DNA of 64,000 nucleotides from an uncultured Acidobacteriota bacterium (GTDB lineage: Bacteria > Acidobacteriota > UBA6911). Shown here one piece after another: positions 25,595 through 35,857 of the stretch (positions within the stretch are counted from its first letter, which is position 1; the number at the start of each line of letters is the position of its first letter). Below the pieces are notes generated by a model. That model was not told the origin of the DNA and searched no databases. It worked only from the letters and a program-made list of their open reading frames with translations. The position numbers were made by a program, and so were the translations under genes. The stretch is from positions 281,608 through 345,607 of the forward strand of contig CAVZBT010000010.1 of the NCBI GenBank assembly GCA_963773605.1, given 5' to 3'.

Positions 25595-27445
25595 ATGGAA
25601 CTTTTCAACAAGTACAAGTGGCAGATCTCATTGGCGTATCTAGTGTTTGTGATTGGCATCTTATATTGGATCAACAGCGCCTTCGGCGTGCAGCGGCCGG
25701 CGCAGGTTTACTTTAGCGACTTCATCGGCGAAATCCGGGCCGGCAAGATGCGCGACGTCAAAATCACGGAAGCCGAATTGATCGGCGTAATCACGCAGGA
25801 CGGTGTTCCGGGGCAGCCCGCGGTCGAGCGCAGCGTGAGCACCCCGAGGCTGCCGGGCATCGACATCAACGCAGTACTAAAGGAGTTGGAGACCAGGCAC
25901 GTCAGGTACACGGGTCACCAGGCGTGGTCGGAAACGCCCCTGATCTGGATCGTCCCACTCCTGGTCATGGCCGGCGCCTACATCGCGTGGATGTGGCGGG
26001 CGCGGCAGGGGGAGGGTTCGCTGCTCGGGTTCTCGAAGAACCGCGGGAGAGTGTACGCAAACCTCCCCGCGAACCGCGTGACTTTCGACGACGTGGCCGG
26101 GGTGGACGAGTCCAAAGCGGAGCTGGTCGAAATCATCGATTTTCTCAAGAGCCCGGCGAAGTACCAGAAGCTCGGCGGTCAGGTGCCTCGGGGCGTCCTG
26201 CTGGTGGGACCTCCCGGGACCGGCAAGACGCTGCTGGCGAAGGCTGTCGCAGGCGAGGCGGGCGTGCCGTTCGTTTCGATTTCCGGATCCGAATTCGTCG
26301 AGATGTTTGTCGGCGTGGGGGCGGCGCGCGTGCGCAGCTTCTTCCGGCGCGCCAGGCAGAAGGCGCCGTGCATCGTTTTTATCGATGAGCTGGACGCCAT
26401 CGGCAGGTCGCGTTCCTCCGACAGGCGCGCAGCGGCCAGCCACGACGAGCGCGATCAGACCCTGAACCAGCTCCTGGTCGAGATGGATGGATTCGAGAGC
26501 TCGGCGAGCGTGATCGTCATGGCCGCCACCAACACGCCGGAAGTTCTTGACCAGGCGCTGATCCGGCCCGGCCGGTTCGATCGGCAGGTGGTGGTCGACA
26601 AGGCGGACCTCGCGGGGCGGGAGGCGATCCTCCGGATACATGCCCGCAGGGTGAACCTGTCGCCGGACGTGGACTTGGGCACGATCGCCGCCCGCACTCC
26701 CGGCATGGTCGGGGCGGATCTCGCGAACATCATCAACGAAGCGGCCATTCTCGGTGCGCGCCGTAACGCAGAGAGCGTTTCGATGTCCGATCTCGAGGCC
26801 GCGATCGACCGCGTGCTGCTCGGCCTCGAGAAAAATCGGGTCATGAGCCCGGCGATCAAGGAGCGGGTGGCCTACCACGAGAGCGGGCACGCCCTGGTCG
26901 CGGTACTCTCAAAGCATGCCGACCCCGTTCACCGCGTGTCGATTATCCCCCGCTCGATCGGCGCCCTGGGGCACGTGCTGCAGCTGCCGACGGAAGAGAA
27001 GTACCTGATGACAAAACCGGAGATCGAGGATCAGATCGCCGTCATGCTCGGGGGCCGCGCCGCCGAGGAGATCGTTTTCGACGGGGTGGTGTCCACCGGG
27101 GCGTCCAACGACCTCGAACGCGCATCAGAGCTGGTGCGGCAGGTGATCAAACGCTACGGGATGACCGAACGCCTGGGGCAGCTGACGTACGGACGAACGG
27201 CGGGGTTGCGGCACCTGCGCTCGGCGGGCGAAGCTGAGGAACGCAACTACAGCGAGCGGACGGCCGAGCTGATCGACGAGGAATCGCGGCGCATGATCGA
27301 CGCTCTGTACGAGCGCGTCGTCGCCTTGCTGGTGAGTCGTCGCGGAGATCTCGAGCGGATGGCGCAGGAGTTGATACGGACCGAGACCCTCGACCGTGCC
27401 GCCCTCGACCGCCTGCTCAAGCCCGCCTGCCTGCGGGCCAGCTGA
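25595..27445 (+). CDS. ftsH: ATP-dependent zinc metalloprotease FtsH
   Basis: 616 aa. Two N-terminal TM segments. Walker [12 protein letters not shown] region. Zn-binding HESGHAL motif. Confidence 0.97.
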   Translation: MELFNKYKWQISLAYLVFVIGILYWINSAFGVQRPAQVYFSDFIGEIRAGKMRDVKITEAELIGVITQDGVPGQPAVERSVSTPRLPGIDINAVLKELETRHVRYTGHQAWSETPLIWIVPLLVMAGAYIAWMWRARQGEGSLLGFSKNRGRVYANLPANRVTFDDVAGVDESKAELVEIIDFLKSPAKYQKLGGQVPRGVLLVGPPGTGKTLLAKAVAGEAGVPFVSISGSEFVEMFVGVGAARVRSFFRRARQKAPCIVFIDELDAIGRSRSSDRRAAASHDERDQTLNQLLVEMDGFESSASVIVMAATNTPEVLDQALIRPGRFDRQVVVDKADLAGREAILRIHARRVNLSPDVDLGTIAARTPGMVGADLANIINEAAILGARRNAESVSMSDLEAAIDRVLLGLEKNRVMSPAIKERVAYHESGHALVAVLSKHADPVHRVSIIPRSIGALGHVLQLPTEEKYLMTKPEIEDQIAVMLGGRAAEEIVFDGVVSTGASNDLERASELVRQVIKRYGMTERLGQLTYGRTAGLRHLRSAGEAEERNYSERTAELIDEESRRMIDALYERVVALLVSRRGDLERMAQELIRTETLDRAALDRLLKPACLRAS

Positions 27446-27517
27446 CCGGGCCTTTTTCAAATCCTGTTGCTCCGCGGCGTTTCCGGCTGGCATAGTCCTG
27501 TTGAGGAGAAAACTCCA

Positions 27518-28072
27518 GTGACCGCACGCGAACAGGTTCTTCTGGTCGGGGACCCGCGTCTGCGCGAGCGGTGTGCGCCCGTAACCGACTTCGCAGCCGC
27601 AGAGCTCGAAGAGGACTGTCGACGGCTTCGGCGCGCCCTCGAGCAGTTCCGCGCCGAATATGGCTTTGGCCGCGCCATTGCCGCGCCGCAGATCGGCATC
27701 CTCCGCAGGATGGTGGCGATGAACCTAGGCAGCGGACCGTTTATCCTGATCAATCCGGAAATTATCGCCAGGAGCGCGGCGCGGTTTACCCTCTGGGACG
27801 ACTGCATGAGCTTCCCGTGGCTGATGGTCCGGCTGCGGCGGCACACGCACGTCGATCTGGAATTCCGTACCGAGGGCGGAGAGAAGCTGGTTTGGAAGGA
27901 GGCTGAGCAGGCTGTTTCGGAACTGGTCCAGCACGAGCTGGATCACCTGGACGGCGTTCTTGCCCTGGATCGTGCGTTGGACCGGGACTCGATCGTCGCG
28001 CGCCAGGTGTACGAGGCGCGGCGGGAGTGGTTCGACGGCCAGGTAGATTACACCATCAGCCCCACTGTTTAA
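27518..28072 (+). CDS. def: peptide deformylase
   Basis: GRAIAAPQIG (motif 1), a CMSFP variant of EGCLS, and QHELDHLDG (HEXXH). The GTG at 27518 lies 8 nt after GAGGAG; the ORF track offers a longer start at 27467. Confidence 0.85.
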   Translation: MTAREQVLLVGDPRLRERCAPVTDFAAAELEEDCRRLRRALEQFRAEYGFGRAIAAPQIGILRRMVAMNLGSGPFILINPEIIARSAARFTLWDDCMSFPWLMVRLRRHTHVDLEFRTEGGEKLVWKEAEQAVSELVQHELDHLDGVLALDRALDRDSIVARQVYEARREWFDGQVDYTISPTV

Positions 28073-28075
28073 ATC

Positions 28076-28111
28076 GGAGTGCGGCGGCTCGGCGCCGAAC
28101 CGCCGCACTCC
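28076..28111. repeat. REP-like hairpin copy between convergent genes
   Basis: GGAGTGCGGCGG-CTCGGCGCCGAA-CCGCCGCACTCC, a perfect 12-bp stem. It shares the GGAGTGCGGCGGCTCG core with the array at 15.5-17.1 kb. Confidence 0.85.
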
Positions 28112-28156
28112 CACGAGCTCGTTGTAAGACAGGGAATTAAATAGGGACAGCTCGCC

Positions 28157-28357
28157 TCAGCCCAGCACCTTCCAGGCCGAGAACCCCTCGCACTCGCACC
28201 ATCCGCGGCGCCTCCGCACGTCCCACTGCATGCAACCGAAAGGCTGGTGGTGTTCGTAGCGGTAGTGGCCGCACGTGCATTTCTGACTGTAGTCGATCCT
28301 CGGGCTATACTGCTGGTTGGTTTTCATCACGACGTGAATCTTGGGCATCGTCGACAT
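28157..28357 (-). CDS. small Cys/His-rich hypothetical protein (66 aa)
   Basis: MSTMPKIHVV...CTCGHYRYEHHQPFGCMQWDVRRRRGWCECEGF. AGGAG RBS 9 nt upstream of the ATG at 28357. The longer ORF-track N-terminus looks non-coding. Confidence 0.5.
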   Translation of the reverse strand: MSTMPKIHVVMKTNQQYSPRIDYSQKCTCGHYRYEHHQPFGCMQWDVRRRRGWCECEGFSAWKVLG

Positions 28358-28820
28358 CGATTCGGCTCCTAGTATGGCGGCAGCAGGCAACAAACTCCGC
28401 GCGCATGCCGGTTCGTTAACGTGTTTTCCGGAAACATGCCAACAGAGCAGGAACTCGAGCTGCAGCCACGTCCTGCAGGGAACAGACGCTCCGGGAGTTT
28501 CCGTACTGACCATAATTGGGAGAGCAACAGGACTGGTTGGATTGACACGTGCTGGCACCCTCCTTCACAGCACTCCAGTTCCAGCCTGGATCGACGTTCC
28601 CGGAAAACCGGGGGGCTCGGCGACAGCCGGGAGGCCGTCGCCGCACAGATGTACTACGTTCCCGACCGTCCGGTGTCCGCTCGCCAGGTGAGCTACGTCA
28701 CACCTCCGGTCTATTGTTCAGACGGTAAATGATTTCATTATTAGAGGGAAAATCACGCCGCTCCGGGTTTTTGGGTCGCTCCCGTAAGTCAAGCCTATGC
28801 AGCACTTAACCAATTTGTAT

Positions 28821-28873
28821 GGAGTGCGGCGGCTCGACGCCGCTTTGGGTGCGGCGCCTGGGCGCCGCACTCC
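28821..28873. repeat. REP-like repeat copy
   Basis: GGAGTGCGGCGGCTCGACGCCGCTTTGGGTGCGGCGCCTGGGCGCCGCACTCC, the reverse complement of the array unit core. Confidence 0.85.
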
Positions 28874-28952
28874 GGCCGAACCTTCCGATAGTGTGCACTC
28901 CTGACGGAAGCTGTAATACTTTGCCGACGGTACCAGATTTCTACGGTGACAC

Positions 28953-29993
28953 ATGACCAAGCCAAGATACCGGACTCTTCTGACGATTCTGATCAGCGTT
29001 TTTGTCGCGGCCGCATGCAGTCGCATCCAGCAGAAGAGTGCAGGGGCTGATGAACTCACGATCTATGTTTCGACGGACCGCGTTTTCTCAGAGCCGATCC
29101 TGCGCGGATACGAGCAGAAGACCGGGGTGAAAGTAAATGTTGTCTACGACACGGAAGAAACCAAAAGCACGGGACTCGCCAACCGTCTCCTGGCTGAAAG
29201 AACCAATCCGCAGGCGGACGTATTCTGGTCGAACGAACCGGTACGGACTCTTGTTTTGAAAAGCCGCGGCGTTCTCTCGCCATACAAGTCACCGAACGCC
29301 GCCGGTATTCCATCCGAGTTCAAGGACGCCGAAGGCTACTGGACGGGGTTCTCAGCGCGCCTGCGAGTGATCGTGTACAACACGAACCTCGTAAAAGCGG
29401 AGGATGCGCCGCGCTCGGTGTTCGACCTGGCGGACCCGAAGTGGAAGGAGCAGACTGCTATTGCCGACCCTCGCTTTGGGACCACATCATTCCACGTTGC
29501 CGCGCTCTATGCGGAGCTCAGCAATGCGCTGGTGGACGAGTTTTTCAGCCGGCTGAAGGCAAACGGGGTCAAGGTTGTTCCCGCCAATTCCGTCGTCTGC
29601 GACATGGTTTCGCGCGGCGAAGTCAAAGTTGGCCTGACGGACACGGACGACGTCAACGTAGCGATCGAGAACAAGGAGCCAGTGGCCATGGTGCTGCCGG
29701 ATCGCGACGGAAAGGGAATCGGAGTCCCGGTGATGCCAAACATGGCCTCTCTCATCGCTGGCGCCCCCCATTCCGAGGCAGGCAAAAAACTCATCGACTA
29801 CCTGCTTTCACCGGACGTCGAGCAGATGCTGGCTCAGTCGGATGCCGTGCAGATTCCGCTGCATGCCGGCGTCGAGGCGCCGAAAAACATCCCGCCCCTT
29901 TCATCCTTCAAGCCGATGACGCTGGATTATGCGAAAGCAGCAGGTCGGGTCGAGGATGTCGTGCGCCGGCTTCAGGGCATTCTGGGAATATAG
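28953..29993 (+). CDS. ABC transporter substrate-binding lipoprotein (FbpA/AfuA-like, solute-binding family 1)
   Basis: 346 aa. Lipobox VAAAC. LTIYVSTDRVFSEPIL...VFWSNEP...GFSARLRVIVYNT pattern of Fe(III)-type SBPs. Confidence 0.8.
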   Translation: MTKPRYRTLLTILISVFVAAACSRIQQKSAGADELTIYVSTDRVFSEPILRGYEQKTGVKVNVVYDTEETKSTGLANRLLAERTNPQADVFWSNEPVRTLVLKSRGVLSPYKSPNAAGIPSEFKDAEGYWTGFSARLRVIVYNTNLVKAEDAPRSVFDLADPKWKEQTAIADPRFGTTSFHVAALYAELSNALVDEFFSRLKANGVKVVPANSVVCDMVSRGEVKVGLTDTDDVNVAIENKEPVAMVLPDRDGKGIGVPVMPNMASLIAGAPHSEAGKKLIDYLLSPDVEQMLAQSDAVQIPLHAGVEAPKNIPPLSSFKPMTLDYAKAAGRVEDVVRRLQGILGI

Positions 29994-31628
29994 GTGCCGT
30001 CCATGCGCGCAGCGGCGGAAGCGAAAACTTGGAGAATTGGGCTCCAGACCACGCGGACTCTTGCGCTGGGATTCGCCGCGGCCTGCTTCGGGATCTTCTG
30101 TCTGCTGCCGACTTGTTACATGCTGGTTCAGTCTTTCCTTGGCCCGAGCGGCCATCTGGGTCTAGCCAATTACCGGCAGCTGCTTACGGAACCGCGGCAG
30201 CGCTTGTTGCTTTCCAATAGCCTTCTGCTCGGTGGTGGTTCGGCCTTGCTTGCCGCAGTTATCGGAACTCCGCTTGGCGTCCTGCTCGCGCGCGTTGAAA
30301 TACCAGCGAAGCGAATCGTACGCCTGGCCCTTCTGATCCCTCTCGTGCTGCCGCCTTATATTCTCGCCCTGGCGTGGATTTATATCGGGGGATCCGCCGG
30401 GCTTGCCGCAACGTTCCTGGGACGCGACGTTTTATCTAACTTGACCTACAGCATTACCGGCGCAGTGCTCGTGCTCGGGCTGAGTTATTTCCCGATCGTG
30501 ATGCTCGCCGCAGAATTTGCCGCCCGTGGTGTCGGCTCTCACCTTGAAGAGGCTGCTTTGCTTCTTGCAAAGCCCGGAGAGGTATTCCGGCGTATCACGG
30601 CGCCGCTCATGGCTCCAGGCATCGCCGCTGCGGCGTTGCTCGTGTTTGTTCTGGCGCTGGCGGAATTCGGCGTCCCCGGTCTGCTGCGCGTGCCGGTTTT
30701 CACCACCGAAGTTTTCACCGCATTTGCCGCATTGTACGACTTCGGGAAAGCAACGGCGCTCGCGCTTCCCCTGCTGTTGGCCACGCTCGCAGCAGGCGTT
30801 GCCGTCAGGCTGCTCATCGGCGAGCGGATCCTTACGACGTCGCGCACCGTGCGCACAGGTCTGTCGCTGAGTCTCGGCAAATGGCGGCGGCCGGCAGTCG
30901 CCATGGTCGGTTTTGTGGTTCTTCTCGCAGTCGCACTGCCCCTTGCGACGCTTGTGCGTGAATCGTCCGGGGCATGGAACGCAGGTGCTCCTGTCAAAGA
31001 ATCCGGACGAGCGATTGCGAACAGCCTGGTCATCAGCGCCACCGGTGCGACGCTAATCGTGGCGATCGGTATGCTGCTGGGCTACGGCATGGCCCGAGTG
31101 CGAATGAGGGTACGCGGCAGCATGGAGCTTATCTCACTCGTAAGTTTCGCCGTGCCCGGCACCGTCGTCGCAATCGGACTCATCGGGCTTTGGAACCGCC
31201 CGGGCCTGCCCGGCGAAATCTACAGAAGCATGGCGATTATTATAATCGCCTGCGTGGCTCGCTTCTTGCCTGTCGCCGCATTGATTCTGGCCGCAGGCGT
31301 CCGGCAGATCCCCTATTCCGCCGAAGAGGCAGCCGAGGCCGCCGGGGCCGGCTGGCTCCGTATCTTCAGCCGGATCGTCGTTCCCCAGCTGGCCAGAGGC
31401 ATTGCCGCAGCATGGGTCATAGCGTTTATATTCTCCTTCGGCGAACTGGGAGCGACGATTCTCGTCGCGCCTCCCGGGGAATCAACCCTGCCGGTTCGGA
31501 TCTATACCCTGCTGGCCAACACAACCTCCAGCCAGGTTGCTGCCCTGGCGCTGATGCAGGCAGCCATAGTACTGACACCCCTGATCCTGCTCGCAATTGT
31601 TTTCAATAAAAAGGGAGACACCCTATGA
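29994..31628 (+). CDS. ABC transporter permease, duplicated two-module FbpB-like
   Basis: 544 aa with about 12 TM segments and two EAA-like loops (LEEAALLLAKPGEVFRRITAPL and AEEAAEAAGAGWLRIFSRIVVPQL). Confidence 0.85.
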   Translation: MPSMRAAAEAKTWRIGLQTTRTLALGFAAACFGIFCLLPTCYMLVQSFLGPSGHLGLANYRQLLTEPRQRLLLSNSLLLGGGSALLAAVIGTPLGVLLARVEIPAKRIVRLALLIPLVLPPYILALAWIYIGGSAGLAATFLGRDVLSNLTYSITGAVLVLGLSYFPIVMLAAEFAARGVGSHLEEAALLLAKPGEVFRRITAPLMAPGIAAAALLVFVLALAEFGVPGLLRVPVFTTEVFTAFAALYDFGKATALALPLLLATLAAGVAVRLLIGERILTTSRTVRTGLSLSLGKWRRPAVAMVGFVVLLAVALPLATLVRESSGAWNAGAPVKESGRAIANSLVISATGATLIVAIGMLLGYGMARVRMRVRGSMELISLVSFAVPGTVVAIGLIGLWNRPGLPGEIYRSMAIIIIACVARFLPVAALILAAGVRQIPYSAEEAAEAAGAGWLRIFSRIVVPQLARGIAAAWVIAFIFSFGELGATILVAPPGESTLPVRIYTLLANTTSSQVAALALMQAAIVLTPLILLAIVFNKKGDTL

Positions 31629-32080
31629 AATGGGTCACGCGGGAGCACGTAAAGGTCGACAGGGTTGCATGTCCATGGTTGATCAGAAAGTTCATTGATC
31701 CGCAGGCCGAGTTCAGGTTTGTGTCGGGCGAGATGGTGCAGGAAATAGCGGCGCGTGAAGGGGCGATACCATTCGACGTGCCGGGTGCTGAACTGGGTCA
31801 CCTGGAAGGAAAATGCAGCTTCGAAGCCATCCTGGCGAAATACCGCGTAGACGATCCGGCCATCCAGTTGTTGGCAAAGATCGTACATGGGGCGGACGTC
31901 GCTCAGGACCTCTATGGACGGCCCGAAGCCGCTGGCCTGAAAGCTATTGCCACAGGGTTTGGGCTGATCGGCTTGAAGGATGACCACGAGATTCTGGACC
32001 GGGAGTCTATCGTATATGACGCCCTGTACGCCTACTGCAAGAACGAAGTGGCGACTGCCGGCAAGAAGAGGCTCCATTGA
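31625..32080 (+). CDS. ChrB C-terminal domain (chromate-resistance, PF09828-like) protein
   Basis: 151 aa. KWVTREHVKVDRVACPWLIRKFIDPQAEF...FDVPGAELGH...SFEAIL is typical of the ChrB C-domain. ATGA overlap with the permease stop. Confidence 0.7.
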   Translation: MKWVTREHVKVDRVACPWLIRKFIDPQAEFRFVSGEMVQEIAAREGAIPFDVPGAELGHLEGKCSFEAILAKYRVDDPAIQLLAKIVHGADVAQDLYGRPEAAGLKAIATGFGLIGLKDDHEILDRESIVYDALYAYCKNEVATAGKKRLH

Positions 32081-32793
32081 CGGACATCAGAGGCGCTGTG
32101 CAGGGCGACGCACTCAAGCTGATCCGCATAACGAAGCGGGTTGGGAAGCGCAAGTTGATCGACTGTGCCTCGCTTGCTGTTTTCGCGGGCGGGATCGTCG
32201 CGCTTTTCGGCCCAAGTGGCTGCGGGAAGACCACGACGCTGCGCATGATTGCTGGTTTGGAGACGCCCGACACAGGTGAGATCTGGATCGGGACCCGACG
32301 CGTCGCGGCAGACGGATTCAACCTGCTGCCCGCGCGGGCGCGTGGGGTTGGCTTTGTCTTCCAGGACCTCGCACTGTGGCCGCACCTCACTGTTGCAGGC
32401 AACCTGGATTTCGTTCTGGCTTCCGCCGGTGTGCCGATGCGCGAACGACCCGCCCGGATCGACGAGGCTCTGCGGATGGTGCGGATCGAGCCGTTGGCGC
32501 AGAATTATCCGAACAGACTCTCAGGAGGCGAGCAGCAGCGGGCCGCACTTGCGAGGGCACTTGTGGGGCAGCCCCGATTGCTGCTGCTGGACGAGCCGAT
32601 GTCGAGCCTGGATGAAAGCCTCAAGTCAGACCTGCTTTCGGAATTCGCGGCACTGCAGCGTTCCTTGCGGATCACTACCATCTACGTCACGCACAATCGC
32701 TCCGAAATAGCGGCGCTCGCGTGCGAGATTGCATGGATGAGCGAGGGCCACATCCAAATGGACAACGCTAGCTCAGGCTTGCGTAGCATGTGA
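32077..32793 (+). CDS. ABC transporter ATP-binding protein (short, no C-terminal regulatory domain)
   Basis: Walker A GPSGCGKTT, signature LSGGEQQR, Walker B LLLLDEP. The TTG start overlaps the ChrB-domain stop (TTGA). Confidence 0.85.
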   Translation: MTDIRGAVQGDALKLIRITKRVGKRKLIDCASLAVFAGGIVALFGPSGCGKTTTLRMIAGLETPDTGEIWIGTRRVAADGFNLLPARARGVGFVFQDLALWPHLTVAGNLDFVLASAGVPMRERPARIDEALRMVRIEPLAQNYPNRLSGGEQQRAALARALVGQPRLLLLDEPMSSLDESLKSDLLSEFAALQRSLRITTIYVTHNRSEIAALACEIAWMSEGHIQMDNASSGLRSM

Positions 32794-32938
32794 ATCGCCG
32801 GGAATGCGAGTCGGTCCACGTGGCCGTGTAGTCGGTGGCCTTGATCTCAAATTCCTCGGCCGCCATCTGCAATTCAATGCCGGACGCCCTTCGCAGCCTC
32901 CGGTTCTGAGTGTCCTTTACGATTTACGTTCTGCTCGC

Positions 32939-33910
32939 CTAGTGGTCGGCCTTCATTCCTCTCATCCCGCCAGCCGGCCCTGCCTTGATGGCCCCTTGGG
33001 CATCCAGGGCGGCCTTTATGCCCGTGGCCAGATCGGTGGTTGAGCCCACGCCCCAGAAGTGCAGGAACACAGCGCGCGGTTGCTCGAACGTCATGTGGTT
33101 GTGGATGGCCACGATGTTAATGCCTGCGCCTCGTAGGGCCTTCAGCACTGGCTGGAGCTCAGCCTCCGTCATCATGAAGTCCCCATCCACGATGGCCTTG
33201 TCATCGGTCCCGGCAAAAGAAGCCCAGGTGTTGACGCCCATCATATTGCCGATCTCGTGGCCGTGCATTGTGATGGTCCGCCCGATCGTGACCTTGAAGA
33301 TGCCTCCGCTCTGCGGCTCTCCTTTGTATCCGAGGATATCTTCAATTTTCTTGCGGTCAATGACGCTCTTGGATGTATCGATCTCCACCTTGGGCATCGG
33401 GGCGTTGCCGCTAGCCGTCCGTCTGATCTCGGCAAAGACCTTGCCGACCGCACCCGCCAGTTTCTCCTCCTCGCCCATGCCGCCGATATGCATAAACATG
33501 ATGCGAGGCGCATCCCACATGAAGTGGTTGTGCAGGGCCGTCACCTCGAGGCCGCTATCCAGAGCCACGCTCATGACCGCGTTCACCTGGTCTTCGAGCA
33601 TCACGTTGTCACCCATGACCATGCACTGATCGCCGATCTTCTTGAAGGCGGCCCAGCCGCCCAGACCCATCGGCACGCTCATCTTGACCCCGGCCACCGT
33701 TGCGGCAATGTCGCCGCGCGGCAGACCGACCTTGAAGACGCCTTCCTGCTCACTCCAGGTCCCCTTTGCCCCAGTAAGCTGCTCGATCCTCGGGATGTTC
33801 AATTTTGCCGGGTTGGTCTCTTTGCCCGCCTGGGCCTTGGCCCATTGGATGCCGACAGCCGCGAGAAGCCCGACGGCAGCCAAAGCCGCGTAGATCCTTG
33901 GTTCTCTCAT
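32939..33910 (-). CDS. DUF1259 (LppY/LpqO-like) domain-containing secreted protein, two internal repeats
   Basis: Repeated ...G.VFKV..PR.D.......GV.M......G.W..F...........GD..M.E.E....M.....G...VTALHNH... blocks. The ATG at 33910 follows GGAAAGGAG. Confidence 0.75.
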   Translation of the reverse strand: MREPRIYAALAAVGLLAAVGIQWAKAQAGKETNPAKLNIPRIEQLTGAKGTWSEQEGVFKVGLPRGDIAATVAGVKMSVPMGLGGWAAFKKIGDQCMVMGDNVMLEDQVNAVMSVALDSGLEVTALHNHFMWDAPRIMFMHIGGMGEEEKLAGAVGKVFAEIRRTASGNAPMPKVEIDTSKSVIDRKKIEDILGYKGEPQSGGIFKVTIGRTITMHGHEIGNMMGVNTWASFAGTDDKAIVDGDFMMTEAELQPVLKALRGAGINIVAIHNHMTFEQPRAVFLHFWGVGSTTDLATGIKAALDAQGAIKAGPAGGMRGMKADH

Positions 33911-34082
33911 GGCAGACTCCTTTCCCATGACCCTTGCCAGAATCACCGAACCTACTACTATGTTATCAGCAGTTACCTTGCTGGACGGTGGACCGGTGGA
34001 AGATCGGGCGGCGCACGGAATTGGTTCATTTCAGGGTGCCGGGTTGTTCGGCACCACAAGCCCAAGAGGGCATTGAAGCAGG

Positions 34083-35354
34083 ATGGGCGCCGCATTGACA
34101 CGGATCGACCTTCGAAGGGACATTCGGCTTCTCTTTCTGACCCGCTTTGTCAGGATGTTCGCGTATGGCTTCCTGTCTATTCTGCTGGTCTTATACCTGG
34201 CCCAGTTGGGCCTGCCCGAAACTAAGATCGGCCTGCTCCTGACCCTCACCCTGGTGGGCGACATCGGCGTGTCTCTGTGGCTGACCACCACGGCGGATCG
34301 ATTCGGTCGCCGGCGGACGCTCGTCGTCGGCGCGGCGCTCATGCTGTCGGCGGGCGTGGTCTTTGCCCTCACGGATAACTTCGCACTGCTTGTGCTGGCG
34401 GCAACCATCGGCGTGATCAGTCCCGGCGGTAACGAGGTAGGCCCCTTTCTCTCGGTCGAACAGGCGGCGTTGTCTGAGGTCATCTCCGAGCAGCGCAGGA
34501 CGTATGTCTTCGGCTGGTATAGCTTGGTTGGCTCGCTGGCCACGGCCACGGGATCACTGGTCTCGGGGGCGTTGACGCAGAGCCTCCAGAAAGCCGGCGT
34601 GCCAGCCGTGTCGAGCTATCGTATCGTGGTGTGGACATACGCCTGCGCCGGCATAGTCCTGGGATTGCTGTTCCTGACCCTGAGCATGGCCGTGGAAATC
34701 GGGGCAGGGGAGGGCGCAGCTGCGCAGACTGGCGGCGTCCGCGACTTCCTGGGGCTGCACCGCTCGAAGGGCGTGGTGGCCAAGCTCTCGGCCCTGTTCT
34801 CTCTCGACGCCTTCGCGGGCGGGTTTGTCATCCAGAGCATCGTAGCATACTGGTTCCACGTCCGCTTTGGCGTTCAGCCGGCGATGCTGGGTGCTGTCTT
34901 CTTCGGGGCGAACATCCTGTCAGCCGTTTCAGCCCTGGCCGCGGCGAAGCTGGCAGCCCGGATCGGCCTGATCAACACGATGGTCTTCACCCACCTGCCC
35001 TCCAACGTCCTGCTGATCCTGGTACCCCTGATGCCCAACGTGCATCTGGCCATCGCCATGCTCCTGCTTCGCTTCAGCGTCAGCCAGATGGACGTGCCCA
35101 CCCGACAGTCGTACGTGATGGCCGTCGTGGAAGCGGATGAGCGGTCAGCGGCAGCGGGCGTGACGGCAGTTGCGAGGAGCGTGGGGGCAGCGATCTCACC
35201 GAGCCTGGCGGCCGTGTTCCTGGCCAGCCCCGTACTCATGGCTGGGCCGTTCTTCGTTGCCGGAGGCGTGAAGATCATCTACGACCTGCTGCTGTATCGT
35301 AGCTTTGGCACTGCGCGATCGCGGGCCGGCGGACAGGCCAATCGCCAAGGATGA
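34083..35354 (+). CDS. MFS transporter
   Basis: 423 aa, about 12 TM helices. D-R-x-G-R-R motif (TADRFGRRRTLV) between TM2 and TM3. Confidence 0.85.
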   Translation: MGAALTRIDLRRDIRLLFLTRFVRMFAYGFLSILLVLYLAQLGLPETKIGLLLTLTLVGDIGVSLWLTTTADRFGRRRTLVVGAALMLSAGVVFALTDNFALLVLAATIGVISPGGNEVGPFLSVEQAALSEVISEQRRTYVFGWYSLVGSLATATGSLVSGALTQSLQKAGVPAVSSYRIVVWTYACAGIVLGLLFLTLSMAVEIGAGEGAAAQTGGVRDFLGLHRSKGVVAKLSALFSLDAFAGGFVIQSIVAYWFHVRFGVQPAMLGAVFFGANILSAVSALAAAKLAARIGLINTMVFTHLPSNVLLILVPLMPNVHLAIAMLLLRFSVSQMDVPTRQSYVMAVVEADERSAAAGVTAVARSVGAAISPSLAAVFLASPVLMAGPFFVAGGVKIIYDLLLYRSFGTARSRAGGQANRQG

Positions 35355-35708
35355 AGAATCGTCTATCAGGATCTCGAAGCCCCGTTCAACCAGATAAGGC
35401 CGTCCGCCGGGGGGCAACAACGGTTCCCCGGGCTGCCCCCGGACGGTGCGTAAAACCTTGTGCTATGGCCAAGATCCCAACCCGCTGTTTCTGGGCCAAC
35501 GCCGCCTGACATGGAAATGATCCTCTGGGCCTACGACTTGGTATTGGCTTTCCAGATGCTCTGTCTGCCAATATTAGTTCAGCACTGGAACATCTCCCCC
35601 CTGCGCGGGGAACTTTGGTGGGTTCCCGCCGAGTAGCCAATAAAATCGCGGATATCCAGCATCCAAAACCTCGTCCGCCGCAGTCCAAGAATGCGAAGCG
35701 TCTTGTTT

Positions 35709-35812
35709 GGAGTGCGGCGGCTCGACGCCGCTTTTGGGTGCGGCGCCTAGGCACCGCACTTTCGCCGAACTTGCCCGACTGCAGTGCAACCGCGAAAGCG
35801 GTGCCGAGGCAC
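35709..35812. repeat. REP-like repeat copy (inverted orientation relative to the array)
   Basis: GGAGTGCGGCGGCTCGACGCCGCTTTTGGGTGCGGCGCCTAGGCACCGCAC, followed by a segment matching the reverse complement of 16715-16750. Confidence 0.8.
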
Positions 35813-35857
35813 ATTGAAAAGGGTTGGTGACAGCCTTCGCGTCTATGGTGAAAACCC

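Noticed and set aside
28876-28952. TPP or other riboswitch upstream of the ABC transporter SBP gene
   Set aside because: No CUGAGA / ACCUGAUCUGGAUAAUGCCAGCG-type TPP motifs or other recognisable riboswitch cores are present. The region is mostly a REP copy.
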